A stretch of 58,688 nt of DNA from Acetobacteraceae bacterium (GTDB lineage Bacteria > Pseudomonadota > Alphaproteobacteria > Acetobacterales > Acetobacteraceae), in the NCBI GenBank assembly GCA_003133265.1, contig PKWQ01000024.1, positions 1-58,688 of the forward strand, written 5' to 3'. Shown here one piece after another: positions 25,442 to 33,823 of this stretch; position 1 is the first letter of the stretch, and each line of letters starts with the position of its first letter. The notes below the pieces were generated by a model. The model saw only the letters and a list, made by a program, of their open reading frames with translations. It was not told the origin of the DNA and made no database searches. The position numbers and the translations under genes were made by a program.

Positions 25442-26206
25442 TCAGTTCGGTGCGGCCAGCGTGGCTGCGGTGGCCGGCGTCGGTATCGGCGTCACGGATA
25501 CGGCTGACGGCATCGGTGGAACCGGCAGCGCGGCCGGGGTCGCGGGCACCACCGGCGCGGCGGTGGCTGTCTCCGCCACGGGCGTGCCGCCCAGGTTGGC
25601 GCAGAACTTCACCACGTTTGGATGCACCAGCGCATTGTCGATGCTGACGGCAATGGATGCCTGTGGCACCAGCGTGGCCAGCACCGGCGCGGCGATCGGC
25701 TGCACCACCCCATCGACCAGGCATGCCGCCTGCTCGACGGTCTGGATGTCCGTCTGCATCTGCGCCTTCTGCGCTGGGGTCATGCTGCATGCCGACAGAC
25801 CGAGAGCGACCATCAGGAGAAGCGCGCCAAGCGTCGATGCAATGGCGCCCGTGCCCGTCCCCAGCTGCGCTACCGCAGGATCAGGCGCCGGCTTCGCAGG
25901 CTTCAGGTCGGTGAGAAACCGCAGAGCATCGCGCAGGATCTGCGGCAGCGCCGTGGTCAGCGCGTGGTTCGCGGTGTCCTTCACCACTTCCATCGCCAGC
26001 GCCTGGGCATCCGCCGCGGCCTGGCTGTTGTCCGGCAGCACCAGATGCACGACGCCGAACACCACGCCGCCGAAGGCGATGATCGCCGAGACGCTGCCGC
26101 CCTCATAGGCCGCGAGCGCCGAGGCGATCAGGCCCAGGATCGTGCCGATACCGAGGATTGTGCTTGGCTGGCGCACCCAGCCACGAAAATCGACGTCCAT
26201 GTCCAC
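25442..26206 (-). CDS. membrane protein (three hydrophobic segments, Pro/Ala-rich C-terminus), first gene after the late activator
   Basis: 254 aa with a GTG start 4 nt after GGAG. Hydrophobic segments are ILGIGTILGLIASALAAY, AIIAFGGVVFGVVHLVL and LGALLLMVALGLSAC. Confidence 0.65.
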   Translation of the reverse strand: MDMDVDFRGWVRQPSTILGIGTILGLIASALAAYEGGSVSAIIAFGGVVFGVVHLVLPDNSQAAADAQALAMEVVKDTANHALTTALPQILRDALRFLTDLKPAKPAPDPAVAQLGTGTGAIASTLGALLLMVALGLSACSMTPAQKAQMQTDIQTVEQAACLVDGVVQPIAAPVLATLVPQASIAVSIDNALVHPNVVKFCANLGGTPVAETATAAPVVPATPAALPVPPMPSAVSVTPIPTPATAATLAAPN

Positions 26207-26263
26207 ATCGCTCCATGTGTGATGCCGCGGGCCGGTGGCCTCGCGGTGGTCAGTGCGGAGCGG

Positions 26264-26310
26264 AGTGTGAGGCGTCGAAACGACGCATATTCGCCGACGC
26301 GTGTCGGTCG
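26264..26310 (-). promoter_or_regulatory. candidate activator-dependent late promoter (palindrome copy plus weak CACACT hexamer)
   Basis: tcgccgacgcgtgtcggtcg lies at 26291-26310 in the 126-nt gap between the Mor/C-like gene and the membrane protein gene. Confidence 0.4.
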
Positions 26311-26332
26311 GTGATCGGAACAGGGGCGATGA

Positions 26333-26713
26333 TCAGAAGCGGAAGGCGACCTGCCTGTTCGATTGCGCGTCGCGCTTCAGGCGGCGCCAGACGGTATCGG
26401 CATGCAGCCCGACCTTGCGCGCGATCTCGGCGTGCGTCAGGCCGCGACTCGCATATAGCGCGGTTCGCCAGTCCTTGCACAAGGGGACGCTGATATAGCC
26501 GCCGCCGAAGCCCCTGATAAGCGCCTTGGCCATCGCCTCGCCGAATTCGGCTTCCAGGTCGGCGCGCAGCTTTTCGCTGGAATTGTTGACGCCCAGCGCA
26601 ACCCACAGTTTGGTGCCGCCCCGCGCCTCGATCAGCCGCAGTGTGTCGTCGAGGCCGAGGACCTCGATCAGCAGGCTGAGACTCTCGGGCGGCGGGGGCG
26701 GTTGATTGGTCAC
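26333..26713 (-). CDS. Mor/C-family transcriptional activator
   Basis: ORF trimmed to GTG at 26713 (GTGA overlap). The C-terminal HTH is SRGLTHAEIARKVGLHADTVWRRLKRD. The position before the lysis/late genes matches Mu C/Mor. Confidence 0.8.
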   Translation of the reverse strand: MTNQPPPPPESLSLLIEVLGLDDTLRLIEARGGTKLWVALGVNNSSEKLRADLEAEFGEAMAKALIRGFGGGYISVPLCKDWRTALYASRGLTHAEIARKVGLHADTVWRRLKRDAQSNRQVAFRF

Positions 26714-26967
26714 AGCGCGGCTATCTGCCCGGTCTGCTCGTCGAACCGCAGCAGGCATGTGCGCTTCAGCGTCACCACCAGTTCGATCGAGCGGCGGGAC
26801 CGCCAGACGAGGCGCAAGGGAAACACTCCGTCCCGCCGCCGCCGCGATATCCGGATCGGCTGCAGCACGAACCCGGCGGCCTGCAGCGTCGCATGCAGAT
26901 CGACCAGGCCGGAGAGCGACAGTAGCTGGTGCAGCTGCACCGTGGCCGTCTTGCCGAGGGCGCTCAT
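26710..26967 (-). CDS. hypothetical early protein
   Basis: 85-aa ORF with ATGA overlaps at both ends. Confidence 0.5.
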   Translation of the reverse strand: MSALGKTATVQLHQLLSLSGLVDLHATLQAAGFVLQPIRISRRRRDGVFPLRLVWRSRRSIELVVTLKRTCLLRFDEQTGQIAAL

Positions 26968-27218
26968 ACATCAAACTCCCCGTTGTCGATCCGGGCGAGC
27001 ATCTGATCGCCCAGCCGCTTCATCGCGTCGAAAAACCCAGGAGTTTCTCCGGCAGCCGTCTCGCTGGTCCGATGAGCCTTTGCGTCGAACGCGATCAGCA
27101 CGCATCCAATCAGTCCGTGCTTGGCCCGGAGCGCTTCAAGATCAGCGATCAGAGGATGGCGGCTCGATATCTTGAGACCGGGGCGTCCGTCGGTGGCCGT
27201 CTTGCCGGGGGGGCTCAT
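26964..27218 (-). CDS. hypothetical early protein
   Basis: ORF trimmed to MSPPGKTATDG... at 27218 (ATGA overlap). 84 aa. Confidence 0.5.
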   Translation of the reverse strand: MSPPGKTATDGRPGLKISSRHPLIADLEALRAKHGLIGCVLIAFDAKAHRTSETAAGETPGFFDAMKRLGDQMLARIDNGEFDV

Positions 27219-27460
27219 GGCCGCACGCGCTTCAGCAACTCGATCCCGACCATCGTCAGATCGATTTCCTGCTGGATCGGCTCGCCGTGCTTCACCTCCT
27301 TGAACCGCGACGTGATCAGGGTCCTGTCGCGCAGCCGCTTCAGCAGCGCGGCGACGCGCAGATCCCCGGGGGTCGCCTTGATGTTGCGCGAGACGGACAC
27401 CACGCATGGCAGGCCGCGCATGAACTCGATCTCCTGGGACGTGAGCGCGGGATCAGCCAT
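27215..27460 (-). CDS. hypothetical early protein
   Basis: ORF 27215..27487 is probably best started at MADPALTSQEIEF... (27460). Confidence 0.5.
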   Translation of the reverse strand: MADPALTSQEIEFMRGLPCVVSVSRNIKATPGDLRVAALLKRLRDRTLITSRFKEVKHGEPIQQEIDLTMVGIELLKRVRP

Positions 27461-27728
27461 GCTTCGCCCCCGTCGCGCGCCAGCCATCCATCTCGTTGTA
27501 CAACACGCGCGAAATCAGCCGTTGGCGCATTACCGGGGTTTCCTGCGCATAGATGATCGCCAGCGCCGCGCGCGACGACCGCGCGCCGAGCAGGTCGGGG
27601 TCCGTATCGGCGTCCAGCCCCAGCTTCTCGGTCAGCACGCGGATCGCCTCGTCCATCGCCACCAAGGCTCGTGCCAGGGTGAGCGAGTCCGCCAGATGGA
27701 GCGGCGGCAGTTGTTCGGTCGTCCTCAT
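27453..27728 (-). CDS. hypothetical early protein
   Basis: ORF 27453..27752 trimmed to MRTTEQLPPL... at 27728, which has GGAGG 4 nt upstream. Confidence 0.55.
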   Translation of the reverse strand: MRTTEQLPPLHLADSLTLARALVAMDEAIRVLTEKLGLDADTDPDLLGARSSRAALAIIYAQETPVMRQRLISRVLYNEMDGWRATGAKHG

Positions 27729-27738
27729 TGGACCTCCG

Positions 27739-27942
27739 TTATTGACGGACATGGAGTTCCCCTTCCTCGGTAATGACGACGGGGGGCAGCCCGCGCACTG
27801 CCCGGCTGGCGTTCCCTCGCTCCAGAGCGTGCTGGTAGCAGGCGCGGCGGCCGCCGACGCCTATCGCTGCCGCCGCATGGCAGCCGGGTTCATCACAGAG
27901 CCATCCCGGCGCCTCGGTCGTCTTCGTCGGGGTTTCGCTCAT
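27739..27942 (-). CDS. hypothetical early protein with Cys/His cluster
   Basis: Internal start MSETPTKTTEAPGWLCDEPGCH...C.H at 27942 (ATGA overlap). 67 aa. Confidence 0.5.
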   Translation of the reverse strand: MSETPTKTTEAPGWLCDEPGCHAAAAIGVGGRRACYQHALERGNASRAVRGLPPVVITEEGELHVRQ

Positions 27943-28136
27943 GACCCGTCCATTTGGTTGAGATGAGGTTGGTGGAACACCTCGTCTGCGGAAATGAACC
28001 CCATGCCGTGGCACTTCGGGCACGGCGGCTGCCATAGGCCGCCGTAGCCCATGCACCAGTCGCACTGGACCGGCGGTAGCCGGGGCTTGGTGTAAATCGA
28101 GTCGGTCGTCTGCGGGAGGTCGGCGCTCTTGCTCAT
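27939..28136 (-). CDS. small DnaJ-type zinc-finger protein
   Basis: Internal start MSKSADLP... at 28136 (ATGA overlap). It carries two CxxCxGxG motifs, CDWCMGYG and CPKCHGMG. Confidence 0.6.
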   Translation of the reverse strand: MSKSADLPQTTDSIYTKPRLPPVQCDWCMGYGGLWQPPCPKCHGMGFISADEVFHQPHLNQMDGS

Positions 28137-28315
28137 GTGAGATTTCCCCGCGTCCGATCGAGCAATGCGTTTGCCGTATCGACCGCCGCCTGCACTCGGC
28201 CGGGCAGCGCCGTGGGTAGTCCACGGATCGCCAAATTTCCGACAGTCCGCAGGATGGCCACGGCTTCCCATTCCACTTTTGACAGCGCGGTCATCTGTGT
28301 CAGGTCGTTGCTCAT
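28133..28315 (-). CDS. hypothetical early protein
   Basis: 60-aa ORF with ATGA overlaps at both ends. Confidence 0.45.
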   Translation of the reverse strand: MSNDLTQMTALSKVEWEAVAILRTVGNLAIRGLPTALPGRVQAAVDTANALLDRTRGNLT

Positions 28316-28656
28316 GATAGTGCCTCGTCGATTTTGGCTATAAGGCGCTCTACTGGAGCGACGAAGTTCTCACGATCATCGGCGCTCAGCGTCTCAATGC
28401 GCGGACCGTCTGGACCGAGGATGCAGAAGCTCTCCAGTAGCTGCATGCGTTCGCCGCCGATGTACGTCCGCGACCTCGCCAGCACCGCTCGCAGCCGTTC
28501 GATCTCGGCGTCTTGTTCGATCATCACCCGGTATGCAGCTCCCGGGTCTGCCAAAACCTTCGCTATGCAATCCGCCTCAGTAGGCCGCATGATGGAAGTG
28601 CAATCACCGCACGTCTTGCCCAGCGGCAGGCTTTTCTCAGCGGTGGTTTCACTCAT
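28312..28656 (-). CDS. hypothetical early protein
   Basis: 114-aa ORF that overlaps the GemA-like gene end by 8 nt. Confidence 0.55.
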   Translation of the reverse strand: MSETTAEKSLPLGKTCGDCTSIMRPTEADCIAKVLADPGAAYRVMIEQDAEIERLRAVLARSRTYIGGERMQLLESFCILGPDGPRIETLSADDRENFVAPVERLIAKIDEALS

Positions 28657-29113
28657 TGCACTTCTCCTTCGCTTGCGCCTGCATCAACCGCGAGCGCCAC
28701 GCCTTCAGGCCCTCGATCACCTTGTTGGCCTCCGCGCCTTTCAGCCATTCCGGACTGCCGACGCCAGCCGGGTTCTTCGGGGATTTCGTCTGGCGCGCGA
28801 CGAAGCCGCGCAGCGCCTGGTCGGACCCATCCTTCAGCAGCGGCCGCATGTCGGCCCAGATCGCGTGGATCATCCGTACGTTGGGCAGATGGCTGTGTCG
28901 CTTGCCGGTGCGCGGCGTCCAGCCCAGCCGCTTCATCTCCGCCAGCAGCGCGCCCAGCTCCGCGTTGGTGGCGCTGGCCGTGCTCTCCCGGCTGGTGATG
29001 CGCAGCACCAGGGCGCGATAGGTGCCCTCGTCCAGCGCCATTTCTTTCCGCGCGATGTGGACCTTCGCCTGCATCGCGCGCCGATCGTCCCAGGGACGGG
29101 GCTGGGCGCCCAT
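28649..29113 (-). CDS. GemA / Mu gp16-like regulatory protein (DUF1018-type)
   Basis: ORF trimmed to MGAQPRPWDDRRAMQAKVHIARKEMALDEGTYRALV... at 29113; this matches the family-typical N-terminus. Confidence 0.75.
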   Translation of the reverse strand: MGAQPRPWDDRRAMQAKVHIARKEMALDEGTYRALVLRITSRESTASATNAELGALLAEMKRLGWTPRTGKRHSHLPNVRMIHAIWADMRPLLKDGSDQALRGFVARQTKSPKNPAGVGSPEWLKGAEANKVIEGLKAWRSRLMQAQAKEKCNE

Positions 29114-29283
29114 CACCCGAGCCCCGCCAGCCGCACCATGGCGTGGCCGCCCAGGAACAGCAGGTAGCCGGCGCCGATCGCGCAGCCGGTCACCAGACCA
29201 AACCCCACCAGCAGCATGAACGCGTCGCGCCCCTGCCGCCGCGCGCGGCGCATCCGCGCCCGCCTGGTCGTTCCGCTGGCCAT
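29113..29283 (-). CDS. small membrane protein (56 aa, below ORF-track cutoff)
   Basis: My translation is MASGTTRRARMRRARRQGRDAFMLLVGFGLVTGCAIGAGYLLFLGGHAMVRLAGLG. There are TGATG one-nt overlaps with both neighbours. Confidence 0.45.
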   Translation of the reverse strand: MASGTTRRARMRRARRQGRDAFMLLVGFGLVTGCAIGAGYLLFLGGHAMVRLAGLG

Positions 29284-29909
29284 CACACCCTCGCCAGATC
29301 GAGCGGCAACTGCGCGAAGTCCTGATCGGCGCCAGCGCGGCGGTAGAAGCGCAGATATCGCTTCGACGAGACCACCCGCACCGCGTTGCCGATCGCTTCC
29401 ATCGCCTGCTTCCAGGTCTGATCGGCGATATCAAGCCGCCGCAGACCCAGGATACGATCCACGTTCAGCTTGCCTTCCTTGTCCACCGCGAAGGCGTCGT
29501 TGACGATCGCGCGCAGGTTGGCGTTCGCCCCCTCGCTCCAGGCCACGATGCATTTGTCCACCAGCTGTTTCGCCACCTGCAGCTCCGGCCCGAAGGTCAG
29601 GCTGTCGCCGATCGCCACCTGCAGGCGCAGGTTCCCGTCGTAGCTCGACAGCGTGATGTTGCCCTTCGCACCGCCCTTCTCCAGACCGTGGCTCTGCGCC
29701 AGCAGGTCCAGCAGCGCCTGCACCTGGCCGAAGGATTTCTCCCGGAACATGCGCAGCGCGATCGACAGCAGCTGCGCCTCGCGGAACGCCTCGCGCACCA
29801 GCTCGTCCTCCAGCAGGTCCGCCGGCTTCACATTCGCCATCGGCACCAGACGGCCGCTGCTGTCCTGCAGATAGCCGCCGGGCACCGTTCCCATGCTCTG
29901 ATCGTCCAT
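29283..29909 (-). CDS. DUF3164-like Mu-type early protein
   Basis: ORF 29283..29939 with the likely start MDDQSMG at 29909. It contains ...GGAKGNITLSSYDGNLRLQV...LRRLDIADQTWKQAMEAI...SKRYLRFY. Confidence 0.7.
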   Translation of the reverse strand: MDDQSMGTVPGGYLQDSSGRLVPMANVKPADLLEDELVREAFREAQLLSIALRMFREKSFGQVQALLDLLAQSHGLEKGGAKGNITLSSYDGNLRLQVAIGDSLTFGPELQVAKQLVDKCIVAWSEGANANLRAIVNDAFAVDKEGKLNVDRILGLRRLDIADQTWKQAMEAIGNAVRVVSSKRYLRFYRRAGADQDFAQLPLDLARV

Positions 29910-30095
29910 CGTCGTTTTGCTCCGTATGAATGGTTGCATCGGTCATCAGGTGCGCACCGATCCAGCGCAGCTCGGCGTTGCGCACGCAGTCCGGGCAGGC
30001 GTCGAGGTGCCTGTGCTGGCGCCGGCCAGGATTGCCCGTGGACAGGCACACCGCGCCGGTGTCGTGGCAGGTCGGGCAGAGGAACCGGCGCGGGA

Positions 30096-30299
30096 TCACG
30101 TGCGCCCCCTGGGGACCATGGTCGAAATCGGGATCGGCAGAACGACCAACGGCCGGATCGGTCGGCCATGCACCAGGTCGGAGATCTGTCCATCGCTCAT
30201 CGTCGACGGATCGAGCTGCGTCACCTCGGCGCGCCACCGGCGCTGCTGAGCCCGGGCGATACAATGCAGGATCGCCCTGCCGATCAGTGCGCGGATCAT
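30096..30299 (-). CDS. hypothetical early protein downstream of MuB
   Basis: Internal start MIRALIGRAIL... at 30299 (ATGA overlap with the MuB-like stop). 67 aa. Confidence 0.45.
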   Translation of the reverse strand: MIRALIGRAILHCIARAQQRRWRAEVTQLDPSTMSDGQISDLVHGRPIRPLVVLPIPISTMVPRGRT

Positions 30300-31273
30300 C
30301 GTGGCGCCGCCACCGAGGCGTCGTTGCCCAGCCGCTGCCACGCATCCAGGATGATCTGCTCGCTGACCGGTTCGCCGTCGGCGCCGGCCATCATGTGCGC
30401 CAGCCGCAGGCACTTGGTCAGGCCGCGCAGCGCGCCCGGCTTCTTCGCGATCGTGGTCAGCAGCTTGCGCTCGGTGGCACCCGCGATGCCCCAGGCTTCC
30501 AGCAGCGCCCGGATGTCCGCCATCAGCGGCGCCGGACGCTTCACCTGCACGCCGACGCGGCTATACAGCTGCGCGAACTCCGCCGAGCGGGTGCCTCCGT
30601 TCAGCCGCGCGTAGATGGCTTCGTTGCCCAGCAGCGCGACGCCGATTTCCGCCTTGTCATGGATGGTGCGCAGCTGATCCAGCGCGCAGCTCGGCAGGTG
30701 CTGCGCCTCGTCGATGATCACCAGCCCGCCGCTGCCATAAAGCTTGGTCACGATGGCGCGGGAGATGCTCTGCGCCGAATAGCGCTCGCCGATGCCCAGC
30801 AGGTTCGCCAGCGCGTCCAGCAGCGACCGCGGCGAGGTGAGGCAGGGCTCTGCGGTCAGCAGCCAGACATTCGACGCCTGCGCGCGATAGGCGTGTGCCG
30901 CCGACGTCTTGCCGACGCCGGCGCCGCCGGTTGCCACCGCCAGGTCCGGCAGATGCTGCGCATATTCCATCACGCCGAACAAATCCTGCGCCGTCTGCGT
31001 CATGATGAACGACGGCGCCGGGCGCAGCAGGTCGCGGGTCCGCGCGCGCACCGTCTTCGAGTCCAGCCAGCGCTGCATCTTCTCGGCCTGGCGCTGGTTG
31101 TTGCCGCTGTACTTGCCGTCCAGCCACGCATGCACGGTGGAATAGGGCACGCCGGACAGCCGGGCGACGTCCGTCAGGCTCAATTTGTCGGCCTCCATCG
31201 CCGCGCGCACCGCTGCCCGGATCGGCTCCTGGGCATCGGCGGCGATGGGGGTTTCTGTCGTGGTCTGGTTCAT
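30296..31273 (-). CDS. transposition ATPase, MuB-like (AAA+)
   Basis: 325 aa with an N-terminal HTH (LSLTDVARLSGVPYSTVHAWL), Walker A GGAGVGKT and Walker B LVIIDEAQHL. Confidence 0.9.
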   Translation of the reverse strand: MNQTTTETPIAADAQEPIRAAVRAAMEADKLSLTDVARLSGVPYSTVHAWLDGKYSGNNQRQAEKMQRWLDSKTVRARTRDLLRPAPSFIMTQTAQDLFGVMEYAQHLPDLAVATGGAGVGKTSAAHAYRAQASNVWLLTAEPCLTSPRSLLDALANLLGIGERYSAQSISRAIVTKLYGSGGLVIIDEAQHLPSCALDQLRTIHDKAEIGVALLGNEAIYARLNGGTRSAEFAQLYSRVGVQVKRPAPLMADIRALLEAWGIAGATERKLLTTIAKKPGALRGLTKCLRLAHMMAGADGEPVSEQIILDAWQRLGNDASVAAPR

Positions 31274-31340
31274 GGTATTTCTTCCTGGTCTGTGACTACT
31301 GAAGCCAGGGCCGGGCGTGTTCAGACGTCCGGCCCACCTT

Positions 31341-33338
31341 TCACGCGTCGACGTCCTCTTCGGCGTCCTCTTCCTCCACCAGCCGCAGTCCGCCGCCGCG
31401 TCGCGCGGCGCTGACCTGGGCCAACGCGGACAGCATCCGCCGCTGTCCTTCCGGCTGTTCCTCGTCCTCCTCCAGTTGTTCGGGTTGCAGCGCGGCGTTT
31501 CCGCGCGTGACCAGACGCAGCACCTTGGTGTCGATCGGTGGCGCCGGTTCCTCGACCGGCGCGCGCAGCGCAGCCAGATCGGATAGCGATAGCGACATCT
31601 CGTGCTCGATCAGCACCTTGCCTGCGCGCTTGAACGCCGACTTCGCCCGTGCGTGCGCCTTGGCGCCGGGGACATCGTTGAAGCCGACTTTCTCGACACA
31701 CGCCGCGATGCCAAGGAACCGGGTTTCCGTATCGAAGACATGCAGCCCGGCCTGGATGTTGTCGGGGTCGAACCGGATCGTCAGGTTCCGGCCCGCGTGC
31801 GGCACCATGAACTCCGCCCAGAAACGGTTGCCATAGAACCGCAGCGATCCATCGGTGGCGTGCGCCTTGATACCCTCGGTCGCCAGCCACCAGATGCTGC
31901 GATGCGTCTCCGGCAGTTTCGGCAGGGTCGAGTGGGCCAGCGACTGGTCGAATGCCTGCCGAAAGGACAGCTTGCCCTGACAGGCATCGGTGTCGCGGGC
32001 GGGCCGCTCGTTATGCTCGATGATGCCTTCGTGCACGATCTTGAAGAACTCGGCGATCGGCACCGCCTTGCTGGCATAGTCTTCCGGTTTTGCCAGCGGG
32101 TTGTTGCCTGTCCAGGCGCCGGCGCAACGGATGTCTTTCGCGATATTCTCGGAAAGGTCGCGCCACGCCCGCTCGATCGGCTTCGCCTGACCGCGATATG
32201 GGGTGATCCAGATCACCCGCGTGCCGCAGGCCATTAGCACGCCTTCGGGGTCTTCCGGCTTGATCTTGCCGCGAAAGCGGTTCGGCGTGCCGCCGGTGTT
32301 TTCCTTCGCCGCGAACGCCCGGCCATTGTCGAAATAGGCCACGTTTGGGATGCGGATATTCTCCGCCATGTCGCCATAGGCCAGCCGCACCAGCTCGCTG
32401 GTTTCCGCGCGGCCCATGCGCCACGACACGATCATGCCGGAAAACAGGTCCTGGAAGCCAACCAGTATCGGCCGGCCGATCTTGCCGTCCGGCCATCGCA
32501 CGAACACGTCGAACTTGTGCCCGTCCGCGTTGACCGCTTCCATCGCCTGGAACACCGAGCGGTCGCGTTCTTGCGCCGGATACAGCTTGTCCAGCGCCTC
32601 CTCGCCATAACGCATCCGGGTCACCACGCGCGGGTCCAGCTTCTCGATCCGCCGCTGCAGTGTCCGTAGGCTTGGGATCGTCCAACCGTGGTGCTTCGCA
32701 TCGCGCTTCAGGTCGCGGTAGCACAGCTCGGCGGTCGGCCGGGCGAGGGTCAGATACCGAGCCTTGAAATACTCCCAGGCTTCGTCGGAGAAGTTGGCGA
32801 GCTTCTGGCGCCCCTTGTGCTTCGGCGCCAGGAAGGCAAGCCAGTCGTAACGCGGCACCGCGCCAACGAGGTTTGCCCAGATGTAGTATGTCGATTGCTG
32901 GATTTTGTAGTCGTCGCAGATTTTCAGAACGGCATCGGTCTTCAACCGTCCGTCCAAAACCATCCGCCGGACGCTATCCAATGCCTTTCCGCGCCGCTCG
33001 GCCTCCTCCTTGACCGTCTTCGGCCGCTCCATGAACCAAGCCCAACGCGCGGCGTTGCGACTTCCGGCTGCGATGGCAGCGGCGTGCTCCTCGCCGGCCT
33101 GAATGTCGTTGTAGAGATGCAGCCACGTTGCCTGGGCGGACAGCGGCAGTACCGAGTAGTGGTATTCATAGCCGCCGCCCCGACCCTCGCGAATTCGCCA
33201 CCAGCGATTGATCTGATCGGGGCGGCGCCATAGCAGGCGGTCGGCCATGGCGATGACGTTCGCCTTCGTCGTGGGCACGTCCGGTAGGTTCATATTGGCC
33301 ACTTCGGCCGCGCTGAACCATTCCCGCTTCAGCGTCAT
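31341..33338 (-). CDS. DDE transposase, MuA-like
   Basis: 665 aa with an N-terminal Mu-type DNA-binding region (MTLKREWFSAAEVANM...) and a central integrase-like catalytic core, followed by the MuB-like gene. Confidence 0.9.
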   Translation of the reverse strand: MTLKREWFSAAEVANMNLPDVPTTKANVIAMADRLLWRRPDQINRWWRIREGRGGGYEYHYSVLPLSAQATWLHLYNDIQAGEEHAAAIAAGSRNAARWAWFMERPKTVKEEAERRGKALDSVRRMVLDGRLKTDAVLKICDDYKIQQSTYYIWANLVGAVPRYDWLAFLAPKHKGRQKLANFSDEAWEYFKARYLTLARPTAELCYRDLKRDAKHHGWTIPSLRTLQRRIEKLDPRVVTRMRYGEEALDKLYPAQERDRSVFQAMEAVNADGHKFDVFVRWPDGKIGRPILVGFQDLFSGMIVSWRMGRAETSELVRLAYGDMAENIRIPNVAYFDNGRAFAAKENTGGTPNRFRGKIKPEDPEGVLMACGTRVIWITPYRGQAKPIERAWRDLSENIAKDIRCAGAWTGNNPLAKPEDYASKAVPIAEFFKIVHEGIIEHNERPARDTDACQGKLSFRQAFDQSLAHSTLPKLPETHRSIWWLATEGIKAHATDGSLRFYGNRFWAEFMVPHAGRNLTIRFDPDNIQAGLHVFDTETRFLGIAACVEKVGFNDVPGAKAHARAKSAFKRAGKVLIEHEMSLSLSDLAALRAPVEEPAPPIDTKVLRLVTRGNAALQPEQLEEDEEQPEGQRRMLSALAQVSAARRGGGLRLVEEEDAEEDVDA

Positions 33339-33823
33339 CGCCGGCTCCAGTCGAAGGTAATGCTGGTCTCTCGGTCTTCCCTGATCCGGGACTCCAGAAA
33401 TTCCAGGTTCCCCTTCAAACGATGGATATCGACTGCCAGAACCGGCCGGCCGCTCAGGAGGTCGGTCAAAGTCGGACGAAGCAGATCAACCACCACGTCA
33501 ACCGCCGGACGAAGCCGCGTCAGCATCAGGAGCTTCCGCGTCAGCGCCAGTTGGTTCCGCTGGTCGCGTTTGTCGATTTCCGTCTGCGTCGGACCGATCC
33601 CGGCCACCAGCCATTCGATTGATACATGGAACGAGTCCACGAGGACCAGCAACGCGCCCCGCGTGGGGTCTTTCCTGCCACGGAACCAACCCAGGGTTTC
33701 CTTCGGATCGAACCCCATTTCCTCGGCGAAGTGCCGGTAGGACCGGCAGCCGGACTTTTTGAACAGCGTCTTAAGCCGCTCTGAAAAGGCAATCTGTTCC
33801 GCTGATGGAGGGATTGTTTTCAT
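33335..33823 (-). CDS. XRE-type HTH protein in the early operon
   Basis: ORF trimmed to MKTIPPSAEQIAFSERLKTLF... at 33823. The segment VSIEWLVAGIGP parallels VSIEWLATGRGQ of the repressor. Confidence 0.6.
   Translation of the reverse strand: MKTIPPSAEQIAFSERLKTLFKKSGCRSYRHFAEEMGFDPKETLGWFRGRKDPTRGALLVLVDSFHVSIEWLVAGIGPTQTEIDKRDQRNQLALTRKLLMLTRLRPAVDVVVDLLRPTLTDLLSGRPVLAVDIHRLKGNLEFLESRIREDRETSITFDWSRR

Noticed and set aside
25700-25830. The internal LGLSAC lipobox of the 254-aa membrane protein, considered as a separate embedded o-spanin gene.
   Set aside because: The only nearby in-frame Met (MVALGLSAC) would give a signal peptide with no charged n-region and too short an h-region. No separate start or RBS is visible. 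It is kept as a single ORF.
29940-30099. A zinc-ribbon-like ORF starting at GTG 30099 (GTGA overlap with the preceding gene): VIPRRFLCPTCHDTGAVCLSTGNPGRRQHRHLDACPDCVRNAELRW...
   Set aside because: The first 50 or so codons look genuine, with CxxC...CxxC and a coupled start. However, the frame has no stop until 29431, running about 500 nt out of frame through the DUF3164-like gene. In the adjacent frame a TGATGA lies 3 nt before the ATG at 29939. The gene is therefore either frameshifted (a real mutation or an assembly indel) or spurious, and I cannot define an end, so it is not listed as a feature.
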